A program made the translations under genes and the position numbers. Below are positions 51,138 to 63,564 of a DNA stretch of 64,000 nt, in pieces. The notes beneath the pieces were generated by a model, which was not told where the DNA came from, made no database searches, and saw only the letters and a list, made by a program, of their open reading frames with translations. The DNA is taken from contig NW_024704742.1 of NCBI RefSeq assembly GCF_018977255.1, positions 129,210,001-129,274,000 of the forward strand, written 5' to 3'. How positions within the stretch are numbered: position 1 is the first letter of the stretch; every line of letters starts with the position of its first letter. Origin of the DNA: Callorhinchus milii (lineage: Eukaryota).

Positions 51138-52249
51138 GACTATTGCAGAAATGATTTCCCTAATGTCCTACAGAAATGATACTGATTGCCAAATCTCTTT
51201 CATTAATTCCAGTATCAACCTTTATTATTGTTAGAAACTTGCACTGACCTCTGGCTTTCTTGTGCAGTTCCTCATATGATAACTCGGTGTGAAAAATAAT
51301 GTCATCAAATGGTTTACAAGTGACATTGACGATAGAGATCTTGGTATCAGATGGTAACTCTGACTTTTCCCACAGATATTATTCCTCAATAGATCTAAGG
51401 TCACAGAGAGTAATGAATATCTTTCTGGCACTTAGTTGCTTTCTAACCACTTGCATCAAAGATTTCAGCTTCATGTTTCATGCAATTGCCAAGTGGACAA
51501 ATTGACTCTAAGGACCATCATTTTCACATTCAATGAAGACAGATCAAAGAGCCAATTTTTCCTTAACAATCAGCCAAGGACTAGACCTGAGCAATGCATT
51601 ACTTGACCAGTTAATTAATCTTTAATTTAATACCATCAGGAACCCGCCCAACCCTTGTCTACCCAAAAAAACACCTTTGTAAATTTCTGAACTCATGAGG
51701 TTTGTGAAAAGCAGACTGTAACCGAAACCTTAAGAGTAATACTGAACAACTTTAAAAATAGCTTAGGTGACATGGCAAAGCATTAAAGTATAGTAAACCT
51801 TAATGCAACTGCCAGGAATTTGGTACTTAACTTACAAGAGGATTTAGAAATATTTCCATCACTCATACAAATTTGCATTAAAGTCAGGAAGTCAGTCTAA
51901 AGCTGCTTCATAAATATCCTTTCAAATGATTATCTTTTACAGCGAAGTGGGATCAATTAATGTTTTGTGCAATAAACAGTTGGATTCCAAAGCACAGGAC
52001 TCAATGTTTGTTTTGAAAATGAAGGTTAGGTTAAGTGTGGCTGTAATGAATCACAGATTGCGTGCTATGGACTGAATTATTTTTGCCATTGCTTGAAAGG
52101 TGATACTTTGGTTGTGAGATAATCTCCTCAAAGTAAGAAAAATGTTAAGGCAAATTTTATCACATTTATAAAGAATTCATTGTGTTCATTTGATGCTAAT
52201 TTCCAAGAATATATATTCATTCCCTTTCTTGTAATTGTCATAAAGTGGG

Positions 52250-52635
52250 GCTCAGCCTGGCTCAGTTGGTAGGTTGTAGGTTCAAGCCCCACTTGGACTT
52301 TGAACTCACATAGAGGAGGCTGACACTCCAATGCAGTTCTGGGGAACTATTGGATTGTCAGTAGTGATGTCCTTTGATGAGACTTTAAACCAAGGCCTTG
52401 TCTACCTATTTTAGTGCACATTAATAATCCAATGGTACAGCTCAAAAAGAGAAGGGAGTTTCTCGCGGTTTTAACAGTCCATCAGATGAAATTGATCATT
52501 CACTTCATGGCTGTTTGTGAGACACCATGTTCACCTACAAAACACAGTCACTACACTTTACAGAAAACTCAATGAAATACTTTGAGATATGATTAGGCAC
52601 TACATCAAATGCAAGTAATTTTATTACATTATTAT
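52250..52635 (+). mobile_element. Old Deu-domain SINE
   Basis: ggctcagttggtag..gttcaagccccac head, Deu domain and tail. Confidence 0.7.
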
Positions 52636-54804
52636 TACAGATTGTCTAGAAACTATTTTACACTAAATCCTGTGAAGTGCTTTGAGGTGTGTGTGTTTGT
52701 GTGTGTGAGAGGGGGTAGGGGGTGTTGCCCCCGACATGAAAGGTGTGATATCAAATGGATTATTGTTTGGTAGACATCGGAAAATATCTGCCATCCAACT
52801 TGGTTTGACTAATTCTTTTATTCTTTTTAAGGAGAGCCAAATTGCTTGTTCTTATTTTCCCTGATATCTTACATTGCCTAATTTTAGCAACAATGGGGGT
52901 CTAATATGCAATGCTTACAAAAGGATTGGAAACTAGTGAATCGTGTGGTTGCCTGGATGTGTCTCAGGCTGGTTCTCTGCTCAGATATCCATCTCCCACC
53001 AGGCAGCAGGAACCTCCTTTGTATCAATACAGATTCACAAAAGTTGAAATTTAGATCAGTGCCTGAGGTATCCAGCTCTCTGCTGAATTTACTGTATCAT
53101 AAATTGGACAATAATGTACGTGTGTGTGAACAGAGACAGCCTATCAAGAGATGGTATCAATGGATAATCCAAACCATGTTTGTGTATGATAATACTCTCC
53201 CATGAACTTTGAACCATGTTCTCTTTAAAGCTTCCTATTAGTAAAAGCTTTACCAAAACCTAACAACCTGATCCTTATTAATAAACACCACACAGGGCAA
53301 TGTCACGAGACCAGTAGAGGACATATTTGTTTCGAGCATGAGTTTTCTGTGGACTGGAGGCTATACATCGCTGATGTCACTTCCTGCATGTGGTGCATGT
53401 AATCATTGTCCATACTTTTTGCCCGTCCACTCATTGCTTGTTCCTCTAACACTATGGATTGCTCCCAGTTTCCTTATTGCTCTCCTCTGCACTGCCTCTA
53501 GGACCTGGGTAGCCCCTTTAAGTCACCAGAACTTTACATAATACTCCGGGTGCCATCTAACCAAAGCACTTCACAGCTTTCTTTGCCTAATGGAGGAAAA
53601 AGCTCCTTGTTAAATTCCTCCTTCTGGAACTTCTTCCCTCTTACTCCTTCGTCTAACTCCTTCTCTATTTGTCTTCAAGTAAAACCTTATTCATGAAAAT
53701 AATTCTTAGCAACAAGGATGATCTTTAGTGTGAGAGAAATGAGCAATAAATGGATACATATCATTTTTGTACAATCAGAGAAGTCTTGCCCCATGTAATA
53801 ATGCTCATTAAATGACATGATTAGAAATATTTTACAGTGCAATCCAGTTTACATTTTTAAACCATCCTTTGTGTTAGGATGATGTCTCAAAGCGCTTAAC
53901 ATACTGGCTGGGCATCCTACTTGGGAATGGGAGTTGAAAGAGGTGGGGTGAGGAGAGGAAAGATGACTGAAAACGTGATCAAAGAGGTACGTTGAGACAT
54001 GTCTTCAATGTGGGGAGAGAGGAAGGGAGAAGGGAGAGAGTATCAGAGGAACTTCTTGATGGAGTTTCAGAGAACGGGAGTAAAATGATTGAATGGTGTG
54101 TCAGTATTGTTGAAGGATGTCACAGAGATGACTCAAGACCTTGGAAGGATTTGAAGGTTATTCTAAGCTTTTAATTCTCCACAATTTTGTTTGAAACCAA
54201 CAATAATACTTGTAATTTGTAATACAATAATTTAGCTACTCAATCCATGACTGTTTATGGGATGCTGTTGTGCGCAATTGGATGCCACGTTCATCCACAA
54301 AATATACAGTCGATTCACTTCATAGTGTATTCTGTGGAGTGTTTGAGATGTCTCAACAGCGCTACATCAAATGCAAGGATTATTATTATTAATTCCCAGG
54401 GACCAGTGGCGATTTCTGAAATCCCACTATTTTAGATCCCAGTGATTCGACTCGCTGGCTTTTTCTCCTGTGTTTTTACAGAAAAGGGAAAGTTGGGCCC
54501 ACGATACCCTTAATAGTTTTTGAGCAACTTTTAATGGGTGAGGGGCTGATTGACTGGACCATTAGGATTATATCCCCAGACGAGTGTTGATGTGTGGATG
54601 AACGGTTATTTATGTTCCAATGAGTGGGCGGGTGGGAAAACTGCAACAGAGTCTAGTGATTATACTTCCATGTGGGAAGAAACATCATCTGGTGAATCAC
54701 AAGGCACTCCACTGCAGTCTTCTAATGGCTGAGAAAAATATCACTGGCTTACACCTGAAACAGTTTATTTGGCCATCCTGAATAATAGTAACATTCAGCC
54801 CAGG

Positions 54805-55405
54805 GTATCAGCCTGCCTTGTCTCTGAGTCAGAAGTTTGTGTGTTCAAGACCCACGTCAAGACATAAAACTCATATAATCCAAGCTGGCACTCCAATGCA
54901 GTGGTAGGAGTGTGCTTCATTGTTGGAGGTGCGGTCCTTTGGGTGAGATCTTAAACTGAGGCCCCATCTACCTGTTTAGTTGACATTAAAGATTCCATGG
55001 CATGACTCAAAAAGAAAAGGGTGTTTCTTCCAATGTCCTGGTCAACAATCCTTCAAATAAAATTGTTTATTCATTTCATGGTTCTTTGTGGGATATTGCT
55101 GTGTGCAAAATAGCTGTCACATTCATCACCAAAATAAACACAGTCACTACACTTTATAGTAAATCCCGTGGGGGTAATAATCACTTCAAAAAATAAAATA
55201 AAAATAATAATAATAATTTGGTCACTCAATCCACAACTGTTTTTGGGACACTGCTGTGGGCAATTGCTGCCACGTTTCACACAAAAAGATATACAGTCAA
55301 TTCACTTTACAGTATATTCCTTGCATATATTCTGTAAAGGGCTTTGAAATGTCTCAAAGATGTGATATAGATGCTATATCAAATGCAAGGATTACTGTTA
55401 TTATT
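54805..55405 (+). mobile_element. Old Deu-domain SINE (54805-55170) followed by a SINE 3' half (55195-55405)
   Basis: Match to the 8020-8455 and 29730-29910 elements respectively. Confidence 0.72.
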
Positions 55406-56011
55406 ACTGACAAATTATGTCGAGAACGTATCCAAAACAGAGGTGAATAGGGTTGCATTGTCAATCCAATCTCTTTGCTCACTCCTTGCCTGTCTTCATA
55501 TCACACCTGAAGACCTTCCTCTTCGACCATGCCTACTATCATCTGCCCTCTCTCCCTGGCTCAGTGTCTTAGGACTTGGAAGGGGATACCAGTCATTGGG
55601 TGTATGCAGTGCTCTCAATGGTAACCTATGTTGTTTTAGCTGGTTACATTCCAGCAGTGCCCCAACGCATATCCTGGGCTCCCCAAGCCTTAGCTCTTGC
55701 CAGCCTGTGCCCAATAATTTCTGGATTTAAATAATTTCTGGATTTCTAATAGACATCTCTGGAATTTCCATGTGAGGTGCGATGCATGGAACTCTCAGTT
55801 TGGTTTGGATACTCAAGATTGTGATAGGTTTCCTCATGTATCAGACAACCAGCTGACCCCCAAAAAATGCAATTCGTTGTTGTTGTATTGTATTCAACAT
55901 TCACATTTTGTGTCTCTTGGGCTGTCTGAAATTGGTTTCATGTAGATATTAAGTTCTGCTGAAAGGATCACCATTTGAACAACAGCAGCAACAACAACTT
56001 GTACTTATACG

Positions 56012-57235
56012 ACAACAACAACAAAAATTCCATTTATAGAGCCCTTTCACGTCGGAGGACGTCCCAAAGCGCTGGACAGTTGGGTCAGACCCGAGCAGGG
56101 GGAAATGGTCAGGGTAGGGGAGGGAAGGGAGGGAGAGAGGAGGGGGGAAATGGTCAGGTGAGGGGAGGGAAGGGAGGGAGCAGGAGGAGGGAGAGAGTCG
56201 AGAGGGGAGCTGAAGGCACGGTCAAAGAGAAAGGGTTTGAGACCGGCCTTGAAGGAGGAAAGGGAGGAAGCAAGGCGAAGGCACTGGGGGATGGAGTTCC
56301 AGAGCCTCGGGGCTGAGAGGCTGAAGGCCCGACGATATGTAGGGCGGTTGGGGGGGGGAGTGGAGCAGACGGAGCCAGAGGAACGGAGGGTACGGCAGGT
56401 AGGTAGGGGGATAGTAGGTGGAGAGGTAGGAGGGAGCAAGGCCGTGAATGGCCTTGTAGGTGAGGATGAGGATCTTGGATCATCCTCTGGGGGATGGGGA
56501 GCCAGTGGAGGCGAGGAGGGTGGGAGTGATGTGTCCCGAAGCCTGGTGCGGGACAGTACACGAGCTGCAGAGTTCTGAATGACCTGCAGCTTGTGGAGGG
56601 AGGTGGCCGGAAGGCCGGGAGGAGAGAGTTCCCATAGTCCAGCCTTGAGGTGAAAAGGCTGGGCCAGGTTTCAGCAGCGTGAGGGGTGAGGTAGTTAGCC
56701 CCGTTATCTGCGATCTTCCGGAGGTATGAGGCGTGCCAGTTTGATGTTGCGGAGTTTGATGTTGAGCCGAGGAGAAAGAGAAGTTGACCTTAGGAAAAAT
56801 TGAATAAAGAGGAAAGTCTTCAGGCCCACCCGGCAACGGTGGGGCGGGTAAGGTGGGGGTGTGAAGCAGACCGGAGCCCGCTGAGCAGAGAGAGCCGGCA
56901 GGATGGTAGGAGGTTAAGGGGTTGCAGAGGTAGGGGGAGCAAGGCCATATAGGGCTTTGAAGGTGAGGACCAGGATCTTGAACTGCATCCTCTCTGTGAT
57001 GGGTAGCCAGTGGAGTCGGACAAGGATAGGTGTGATAGGGTCACAGAGCCTGGTGCGGGAGAGGATACTGGCTGCAGAGTTCTGGATGATCTGCAGCCCA
57101 TGGAGAGAGGAGTTAGGGAGGCCGACAAGCAAGGAATTTGCATAGTCAAGCCTCGATGTTATGAATGCGTGTATGAGGATTTGGCGGCTTGCAGTGTGAG
57201 ATAATGGCGGAGCCGGACGATGAAGGCAGGCAGAT
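56012..57235 (-). mobile_element. Two adjacent L2 fragments (young 56012-~56800, older 56825-57235)
   Basis: RAFSLSAPRLWNSIP..FKAGLK in the first; HAFITSRLDYANSLL..LQIIQNSAA..LHWLPITERMQFKIL in the second. Confidence 0.9.
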
Positions 57236-57639
57236 GAAGGCAGGCAGGTCATGGTATGGCTGTGGTGTAGAAACATACATACTGCAGGTGAAAGTCTCAG
57301 TAGTTTCACTTGGATGTCAAGCTAGGTGATCGGTTTCTGCTTGTGTCAAACACCCGACTGACAGGGAAATCAAGTTAGATTGCGAAATTATAATTATAAA
57401 TAGTCAGACACGGCAATGGCAATAATAGTTTATTTATACTTTTCACAATTGCTCCTTATATATTTGCAACTGGTTCTGGATACAATCGCATCGTAACTTT
57501 TAGGTATGCACACACAGCAGCAAGTACATAAAACAACACAAACACATAGAACATTATGTTCAGCCAAACCTCAACTGTGGTTGTTACTTGCTGATCTCTT
57601 GTCTGATTGGCAGCTAAGCAAGAAGCAACTTTGAAACTG

Positions 57640-57910
57640 GTTCTGTGTGAGAGTCACTTCATGCACAGTTCATTTTTTTTATTCCACGGATAGTTGACCA
57701 GGACGGCGGAAGAAATTCTTTTCTCTTTTTGATTACTGGCATGTAATCTTTAATGTCCACTTGAATAGTCAGCCAGAACCTCGGTTTCACATCTCATCCA
57801 AAGACTGGCATTTCTGATCACTACAGCACTTCCCTAACACTGCATTGAGTAGTCAGGCTAGACTATGAGTTCAAAGTCCTGACGCGGGGCTTGAACCGAC
57901 AACCTACTGA
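57640..57910 (-). mobile_element. Old Deu-domain SINE, 5' part
   Basis: Reverse match to the head (ctcagtaggttgtcggttcaagcccc) and Deu domain. Confidence 0.65.
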
Positions 57911-58045
57911 GAAGAACTGTTATAGAGTACGGCCAACTGTGTGAAGCGTCCATCCGCTTGGCAGCCTCCACGAGGCCAGAAATAGCTGGAGACCATTGGT
58001 TCAAAAACTTAAGATGGTGCTGAAGTATGAAAAATTCAGTCTTAC

Positions 58046-58190
58046 TTTCAAAGTTGTAAACCAAATGAAGAATTGTCCAAACTTCTGTGGGATCTGAAAT
58101 GTTGAGACAATGGTCTCACAAGCCAAAACCAAGAGAAATTTCGAGCCAAAAGTTCCTGAGGATGGTTTAACCATTTCCGTTCTTTCCTAT
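58046..58190 (-). other. Candidate 145-nt exon of unknown transcript
   Basis: catccttcAG|ATAGG...TGAAA|GTAAGA in unique sequence. No recognisable protein. Confidence 0.2.
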
Positions 58191-58582
58191 CTGAAGGATG
58201 CACAAGTCATGCATAGTGTATATTATAATATTAATTATACTACTACTAATAAAAACCCTTGCATTTGATATAGTGTCTGATCATGTCGTTGAGACATCTC
58301 AAAAACTCCTGACAGAATTTACTGTGAAGTCGAGTGACTGTGTATTCTGTGGGAGAAACCCGGCAGCTCGTTTGCACACAGCAACATCCAACAAACAAAT
58401 TTACATAAGGAATGATACACCTTGGTCACAAAGGAGCCTCAGTAGGCTTGGAAGAAGCTTCATCAATAAACGGGTAAGTTTTACATTCATGTTTACTTTG
58501 CGTTTACTGGAGTATTTATTTTACCCACAAAATACATACAGTTACCGCTTTACAGCACATTCTGCAAAGTGCTTTTGAGATA

Positions 58583-58900
58583 CAACAACAATAACAACTT
58601 ACACTTGTATAGCGAACTCCACGGTTGTTGGGGGGACGTGGCCATAAGCAAGGTCAGAGAGGAAGGTTTTCAGGTGGGACTTGAAAAAGGGGAGAGGGGA
58701 CAAGACGGAAGGATTGAGGGAGAGTGTTCCAAAGTTTCGGGGCATAGTGGCTGAAAGTGCGACCTCCGATGGGGGGCGGAGGGTGCGAGGGATGAGCAGG
58801 AGGCCAGTGCCAGTCAAGCGGAGATGCTGGGTGGTGGATTGGGGAGTGAGGAGGTCGGAGAGGTAAAGAGGTGCCAGAGAGTGAAGGGATTTGAACACAA
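58583..58900 (-). mobile_element. L2 3' fragment
   Basis: VFKSLHSLAPLYLSDLL..GRTFSHYAPKLWNTLP..FKSHLKTFL. Confidence 0.85.
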
Positions 58901-60229
58901 GTGACGTGATAAGACACTGTAACAAATGCAAGTAATATGATATTATATAAAAAAGGCAAAGTACTGCAGATATTAGTATATATTATTGTATGTATCCATT
59001 TCTATGCAAAAGCCTTTCATTTTAGTGCAAATGAAGCCAGATCAAACGACCCAGAAATTTGTTATAATCCTGAATATTTTGAACTGGGGAAGGGGAGGGG
59101 TGGAGGAAAAAAGTCAACAAGTAAGTGACTGCTCTGTAAGAAAGTTTCCTGAAGGTTCAGTGTGTTCATTGGACTCTGCTTCTCTTTCAGCCAGCTATCA
59201 GCTCACCATCTGAAAACAGTGAAACAAAATATCCTAAGAGCAAATAAAGGCTAAAGCACTGTAAAAAATAAGACCTTTATTTCAACCCCTGGCAGGACGA
59301 CAAGAAAGAGATCCTGGCCTCTAAATCAAGCAACTCGAACGTCTCAACAAAGATTCATTTGAAAATCAGAAACAGCTGCAAGATGCAGTCAAACAGGATC
59401 ACAAGCAAAGCAGGTCAGCGTGATAGGAACAACACAACAACAACTTGTGTTACCTGCCAATATTTGTGAACGTCGCAAATAGAACCAGTACCGCTGGTGA
59501 GGATTATTACATCATGCAAAAAAAGTGTGATTCCTAACCTGTCTTTAGCTGCGGACAACTATGGGAGTGAACATCCACCCACCTTGCCCTACCCAATCTT
59601 CCCGGCACCCTCCCCTTCTCTATCCACCTTCAACTCAATTGTTTGACTCAAAGCTGATGTCCATCACTGCTTTTCAGTTCCACTGCCCAACTGTGATTGA
59701 GTTACTAATAATAATACCTTCAAAATATTTTTAAAATAATATTAACATCACTTTGAGATGTGAAAAGCGCTATACAAATGTAATTTATTGTGATAAGTTG
59801 CTATATCAAATGCAAGGATTATTATTATTACCTCCCTTTTCCAGCAACTGACAGCAGCAATGGCAAAGGCACAGACACCATGCTTAGTTTCAGACTAAAC
59901 TATTGCACCAAAGTCTCAGAGCCTGGGTTGCTCACTCCCACACCTATCAGTGATAATTATGTGGAATCCAACCTGGTATTTTTCACCTTGATGTTAAGAA
60001 TCTGATTGAAATTCTGTCCTCTGAATGCTGGAAACGTCACTTGAAATTAATTGGTTTTGTCACTTTGCTGTTAAATTTGGCAGTTGATTTCACGATAAAT
60101 ATTATGAAAGGATTTGATTAGGTGAGCAATGATATGCTGTTTCCTCTCATTAGTGTGTCTCGAAAAGAAAGTATAAGATAAATACTCTGGCTCTCCTTGC
60201 TCAATCCTTGGGTAAATGGAGTTGAAGGG

Positions 60230-60600
60230 TAAGGCGAAATCTTAGGCGAGTTTCCTTACTCCACACGTCTCTATTTACCTAGCTGTAAGTGGGAACCTGG
60301 TTGTTTGCCGGATTGATTACGAGGAGTAATAATCCCTTCAATAATAAATAAATGAATGAACGAACAAACAAACAAACAAACAAATAAACAAAAAATAATA
60401 AACAAACAAACAACAAACAAACAAACAAGTAAATAAATAAATAATTTGGTCACTCAATCCACGACTGTTTGTGGGACACTTTTTCTCCCACAAAACATAC
60501 AGTCAATTCACTTTACCAGTAAATTCTGTGAAGCGCTTTGAGACGTCTCAACGACGTGATGAGGCATTATATTAAATGCAAAGATTATTATCATTATTAT
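60230..60600 (+). mobile_element. Long-form SINE with internal (AAAC)n expansion (60340-60445)
   Basis: The A-rich linker of the SINE has expanded into a microsatellite. Confidence 0.85.
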
Positions 60601-61779
60601 ATCAGCCATTATCTAACAGAATGGTGGAACAGGCTCAAGGGGCTGAATGACCATCTCCTGTTCCTATTACTATTTTCCTATAATGACTCACTGGCACAAA
60701 TGATAGCGTTCAGCAAGCCTTTCATTCTTTACCTGATTTAAATTATAATTAGCCAGAACATTCCATAACCAAGAAAAAAAACAGTCCTTATTTCCTACCG
60801 TTCACCCAACCAAAGAAAGATTCCATAGCATTCCGGCTCAGCATCATGCTCCGCCACTGTCAAGCGCTCTGGGATGCTACCGTGCGCTATATGAGGGGTG
60901 CTATATAAATGCAAGTTGTTGTTGTTTCTTGTATTGTCTGTAATTAGTGATGCAACGTGTGTGGATTCTTCATCCAAACAACTCCTATGATCCTGACGTG
61001 AAAAGAGCTATATCAAATGCAAACATTGTTATTAGTATTAATATTTAGGGTAAATAAGCACAATGGTTAACACTGAAACTAGCCATAGCTGCTGGCAATC
61101 ACATCTTTGTTTCTACTGCGGGTATCTGTCGACAATTTTATTTCCCTCCCGGAATCCCTCCGACTCACCCCCTCCCTCACTCTTTCAATATCCATTTCAA
61201 GACCTTCCCTTTGACCGTGCCTTTGGTCATCTTTCCCCTCCTGTCCCTCCCTAGGCTCTGTCCCTGAGTTCTGGTGCCAAGTCTGGACTAACAAGTGTCT
61301 TGGAAATGTCCTCGCAATGTGCTATAAAAAAAATTATTTCTATTATATTGTTTATTTCAGATCACGGGGAAAGGTGCTTAGTAGAGATCCAGAGGATCAC
61401 TGAGATGATGCCAAAAGTAAAGCAGGAGTTTAATAAAACACACACATACTATAGTCAAGTTAAAAATCTATTTGCAAAAGTAAGCAATGCATGATGCTTT
61501 TGCCAGTTTACTGTTTATATTTAATTGATTCAGTAAGAGCACTGGAAAGGGGTTTGCGCAATGAACTTATTTTTAATTCTCAGTAAAGACTTATGGACTT
61601 TCCTTGAGTCCCTGCTGACATCTTATTGCCATGAACGAGAAGAGTATGTTGAATTGATACATAAGGCTAAAACACAAACCAAATGTTCAGCAAATAGGAC
61701 TCCTGTCGTAATGCGTTTTCATGCACATCTGCATCTGAAAGATCTGTATGATGGGATCTCCTGTTGATTACTTACTCTT

Positions 61780-62030
61780 CCCCTTGCTGAGAAGGTCAGG
61801 CTTCGAACCCTGGTCTCTGCTGAGTTATCTGATCTCAGCTGGCCTAGCAGTGGAGACGCTACAATTGACCTTAGTGCTCGAGAGTGTTGGAGAGGGAAAA
61901 GTTCAGCCAGCCTGTTCCTAGACGCTATCCAATGTCCTCTGCTGAAAACCGTACGTGCGTGCTCAGAATTTGACATTCGAATTAGGCAAAAGCCATTATG
62001 CGGAGTTCTCAAAGCCGACACTAAGAAACC
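61780..62030 (+). mobile_element. Ancient SINE-like repeat (possibly UCON3-type)
   Basis: ggtctctgctgagttatctgatctcagc..ctacaattgaccttagtg..gggaaaagttcagccag..cgctatcca, related to 10503, 19985 and probably 39245-39320. Confidence 0.55.
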
Positions 62031-62179
62031 GTTAGTATAAAGTCAGCATCTTGTTACTCACAGGCAAGTGGCCAGCTGATCAGGAGGTGTAGCTGAAGGA
62101 CAGTGCACTTAGTTAACTGGCACTAAGTAAGTAAAGGAACACATGTTTTATGCTTTCAACAACTTGCATTATTGTAACC

Positions 62180-62595
62180 AAAAACAACAACAATTTGCAT
62201 TTATGTAGCTCCCTTCACACAGGACAGCATCTCGGAACTCTATAGTGTTTGACACCGAGCCTGGGAGAAGGTGGAGGTGACCGTAAGCATGGTCGAAGAG
62301 GAAAGTATTCAGGTGTGATCTGAAGATGGACAAGAAGGGGTAATGAGGCAGAGACTTACAGAGTCTCAAAGGGTAATGACTAAAATCACGGCCTCCAATG
62401 GTGGAGTGTAGGGGAAGTGAAGAGTCCAAAGCCAGCTGAGCGAATGGACCAGGTAGAGGAGTAGGGTTAAGCAGGTCGGAAAGATAGCGAGGTACCAGGG
62501 AATGAAGTGATTTGTACGAAAGTGTGAGGAATCTTGAACTTGATCCGTTCTGCAATAGGGAGCCAGTGGTTCCAAGCAATGAGTGGAGTGATAAA
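62180..62595 (-). mobile_element. L2 3' fragment
   Basis: HWLPIAERIKFKI..YKSLHSLVPRYLSDLL..FRSHLNTFLF plus the tail. Confidence 0.82.
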
Positions 62596-62860
62596 ATTGT
62601 TCTTTTTATGCAGGTAAAATGTACCCTTCACAATCATATTCACAGAGCAAGCAAATAGGAGCTCTGCACACAACAAATGCCAGAAAATTGAAGAGATTGA
62701 TTTTTGTGGTTTTTGGTCGGCCGAGTGTCACCCATCGACATTCTTCAGAGTATCCAAACCAAACTGAAAGCACCATCTTCCTGTCCGTAGCTCAGACATA
62801 CATCCCTATCCATTGAGCGATGGGTCCATCAGTTGCGTGTGTGCAGCTTAAGATGCTTAC

Positions 62861-63169
62861 CTCTCTGCAAGCCAATCAAGGTGGATTCCAGGCACTGGAT
62901 GTACAAACACATCTTCACGAATTTGGACACCAGGTAATGCTTTCCAGCAGCTGGTTAATCCAGGTCCTTATGTGAGAGACCATGGCAAGTAGACGTTCCT
63001 GTTGTGAAACCACCTCTACCTCTAGGGTGGCTAGTGACAGGTCAGTGTAGGTTGTAGCCCTCCCTCCCTGCAGCCATATTCTGTGTTGCCACAAGATACA
63101 GAAAATATGACAGAGGAATACCCCAGAAGAAAACAAATATGGAATGATAAGTAGTCTTTGAATTGTTAA
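62861..63169 (-). other. Candidate exon(s) of an unknown, probably non-coding transcript
   Basis: Consensus donor GAG|GTAAGC at 62861/62860. Possible acceptors after a long pyrimidine tract (63170) or at 62999. No recognisable protein. Confidence 0.25.
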
Positions 63170-63345
63170 CTGAAAAGATAAAATAAACTGAGAGAAAACA
63201 AAGACATTTAAACTAACATTGCAGCATGTTCGATTGTATGGCAGCAATCATATTGCAGCATGATCGCTGCCATTTGATCAATGTCCCTGAATGCAAATAA
63301 ATAGTCCTCTTGTGAGAAACAGCAAAAGTCCAGCACAGCTTGTCA

Positions 63346-63564
63346 CTGCTATGTGGCAACAACTTTCCAAATGTTGAACAGAGAGTTCACCGCGTCAGCT
63401 TGTTTAATAGCTTCTTGTTTGCACACGTAACCTGACCCGTTTTCTGAGATTATTTGGGGGTCAAACTATCATGTGGTGCTTAATGTTTAATGAGCCAAGA
63501 AATTGTTGCCTTTGTAACCTTCAGCAAATCATGACCTAACTTCCTCTGATATTGTCATGGTAAC
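63346..63564. promoter_or_regulatory. Cluster of three RFX X-box-like motifs
   Basis: CTGCTATGTGGCAAC (63346-63360), GTTGCCTTTGTAAC (63505-63518) and ATTGTCATGGTAAC (63551-63564). Confidence 0.35.

Noticed and set aside
3200..57250. Small tandem duplications (ccggatcactgga x2 at ~3200, aataatttctggattt x2 at ~55713, gatgaaggcaggca x2 at ~57218, aagtctttatt..tttcacaagta x2 at ~45995-46080)
   Set aside because: These are ordinary two-copy slippage duplications, not repeat-spacer arrays; no CRISPR-like structure or prokaryotic genes are present.
59296..59413. AG..GT-bounded segment with a coiled-coil-like reading (IKQLERLNKDSFENQKQLQ)
   Set aside because: That frame has an in-frame TAA just upstream within the segment; the open frame is unrecognisable and there are no partner exons.
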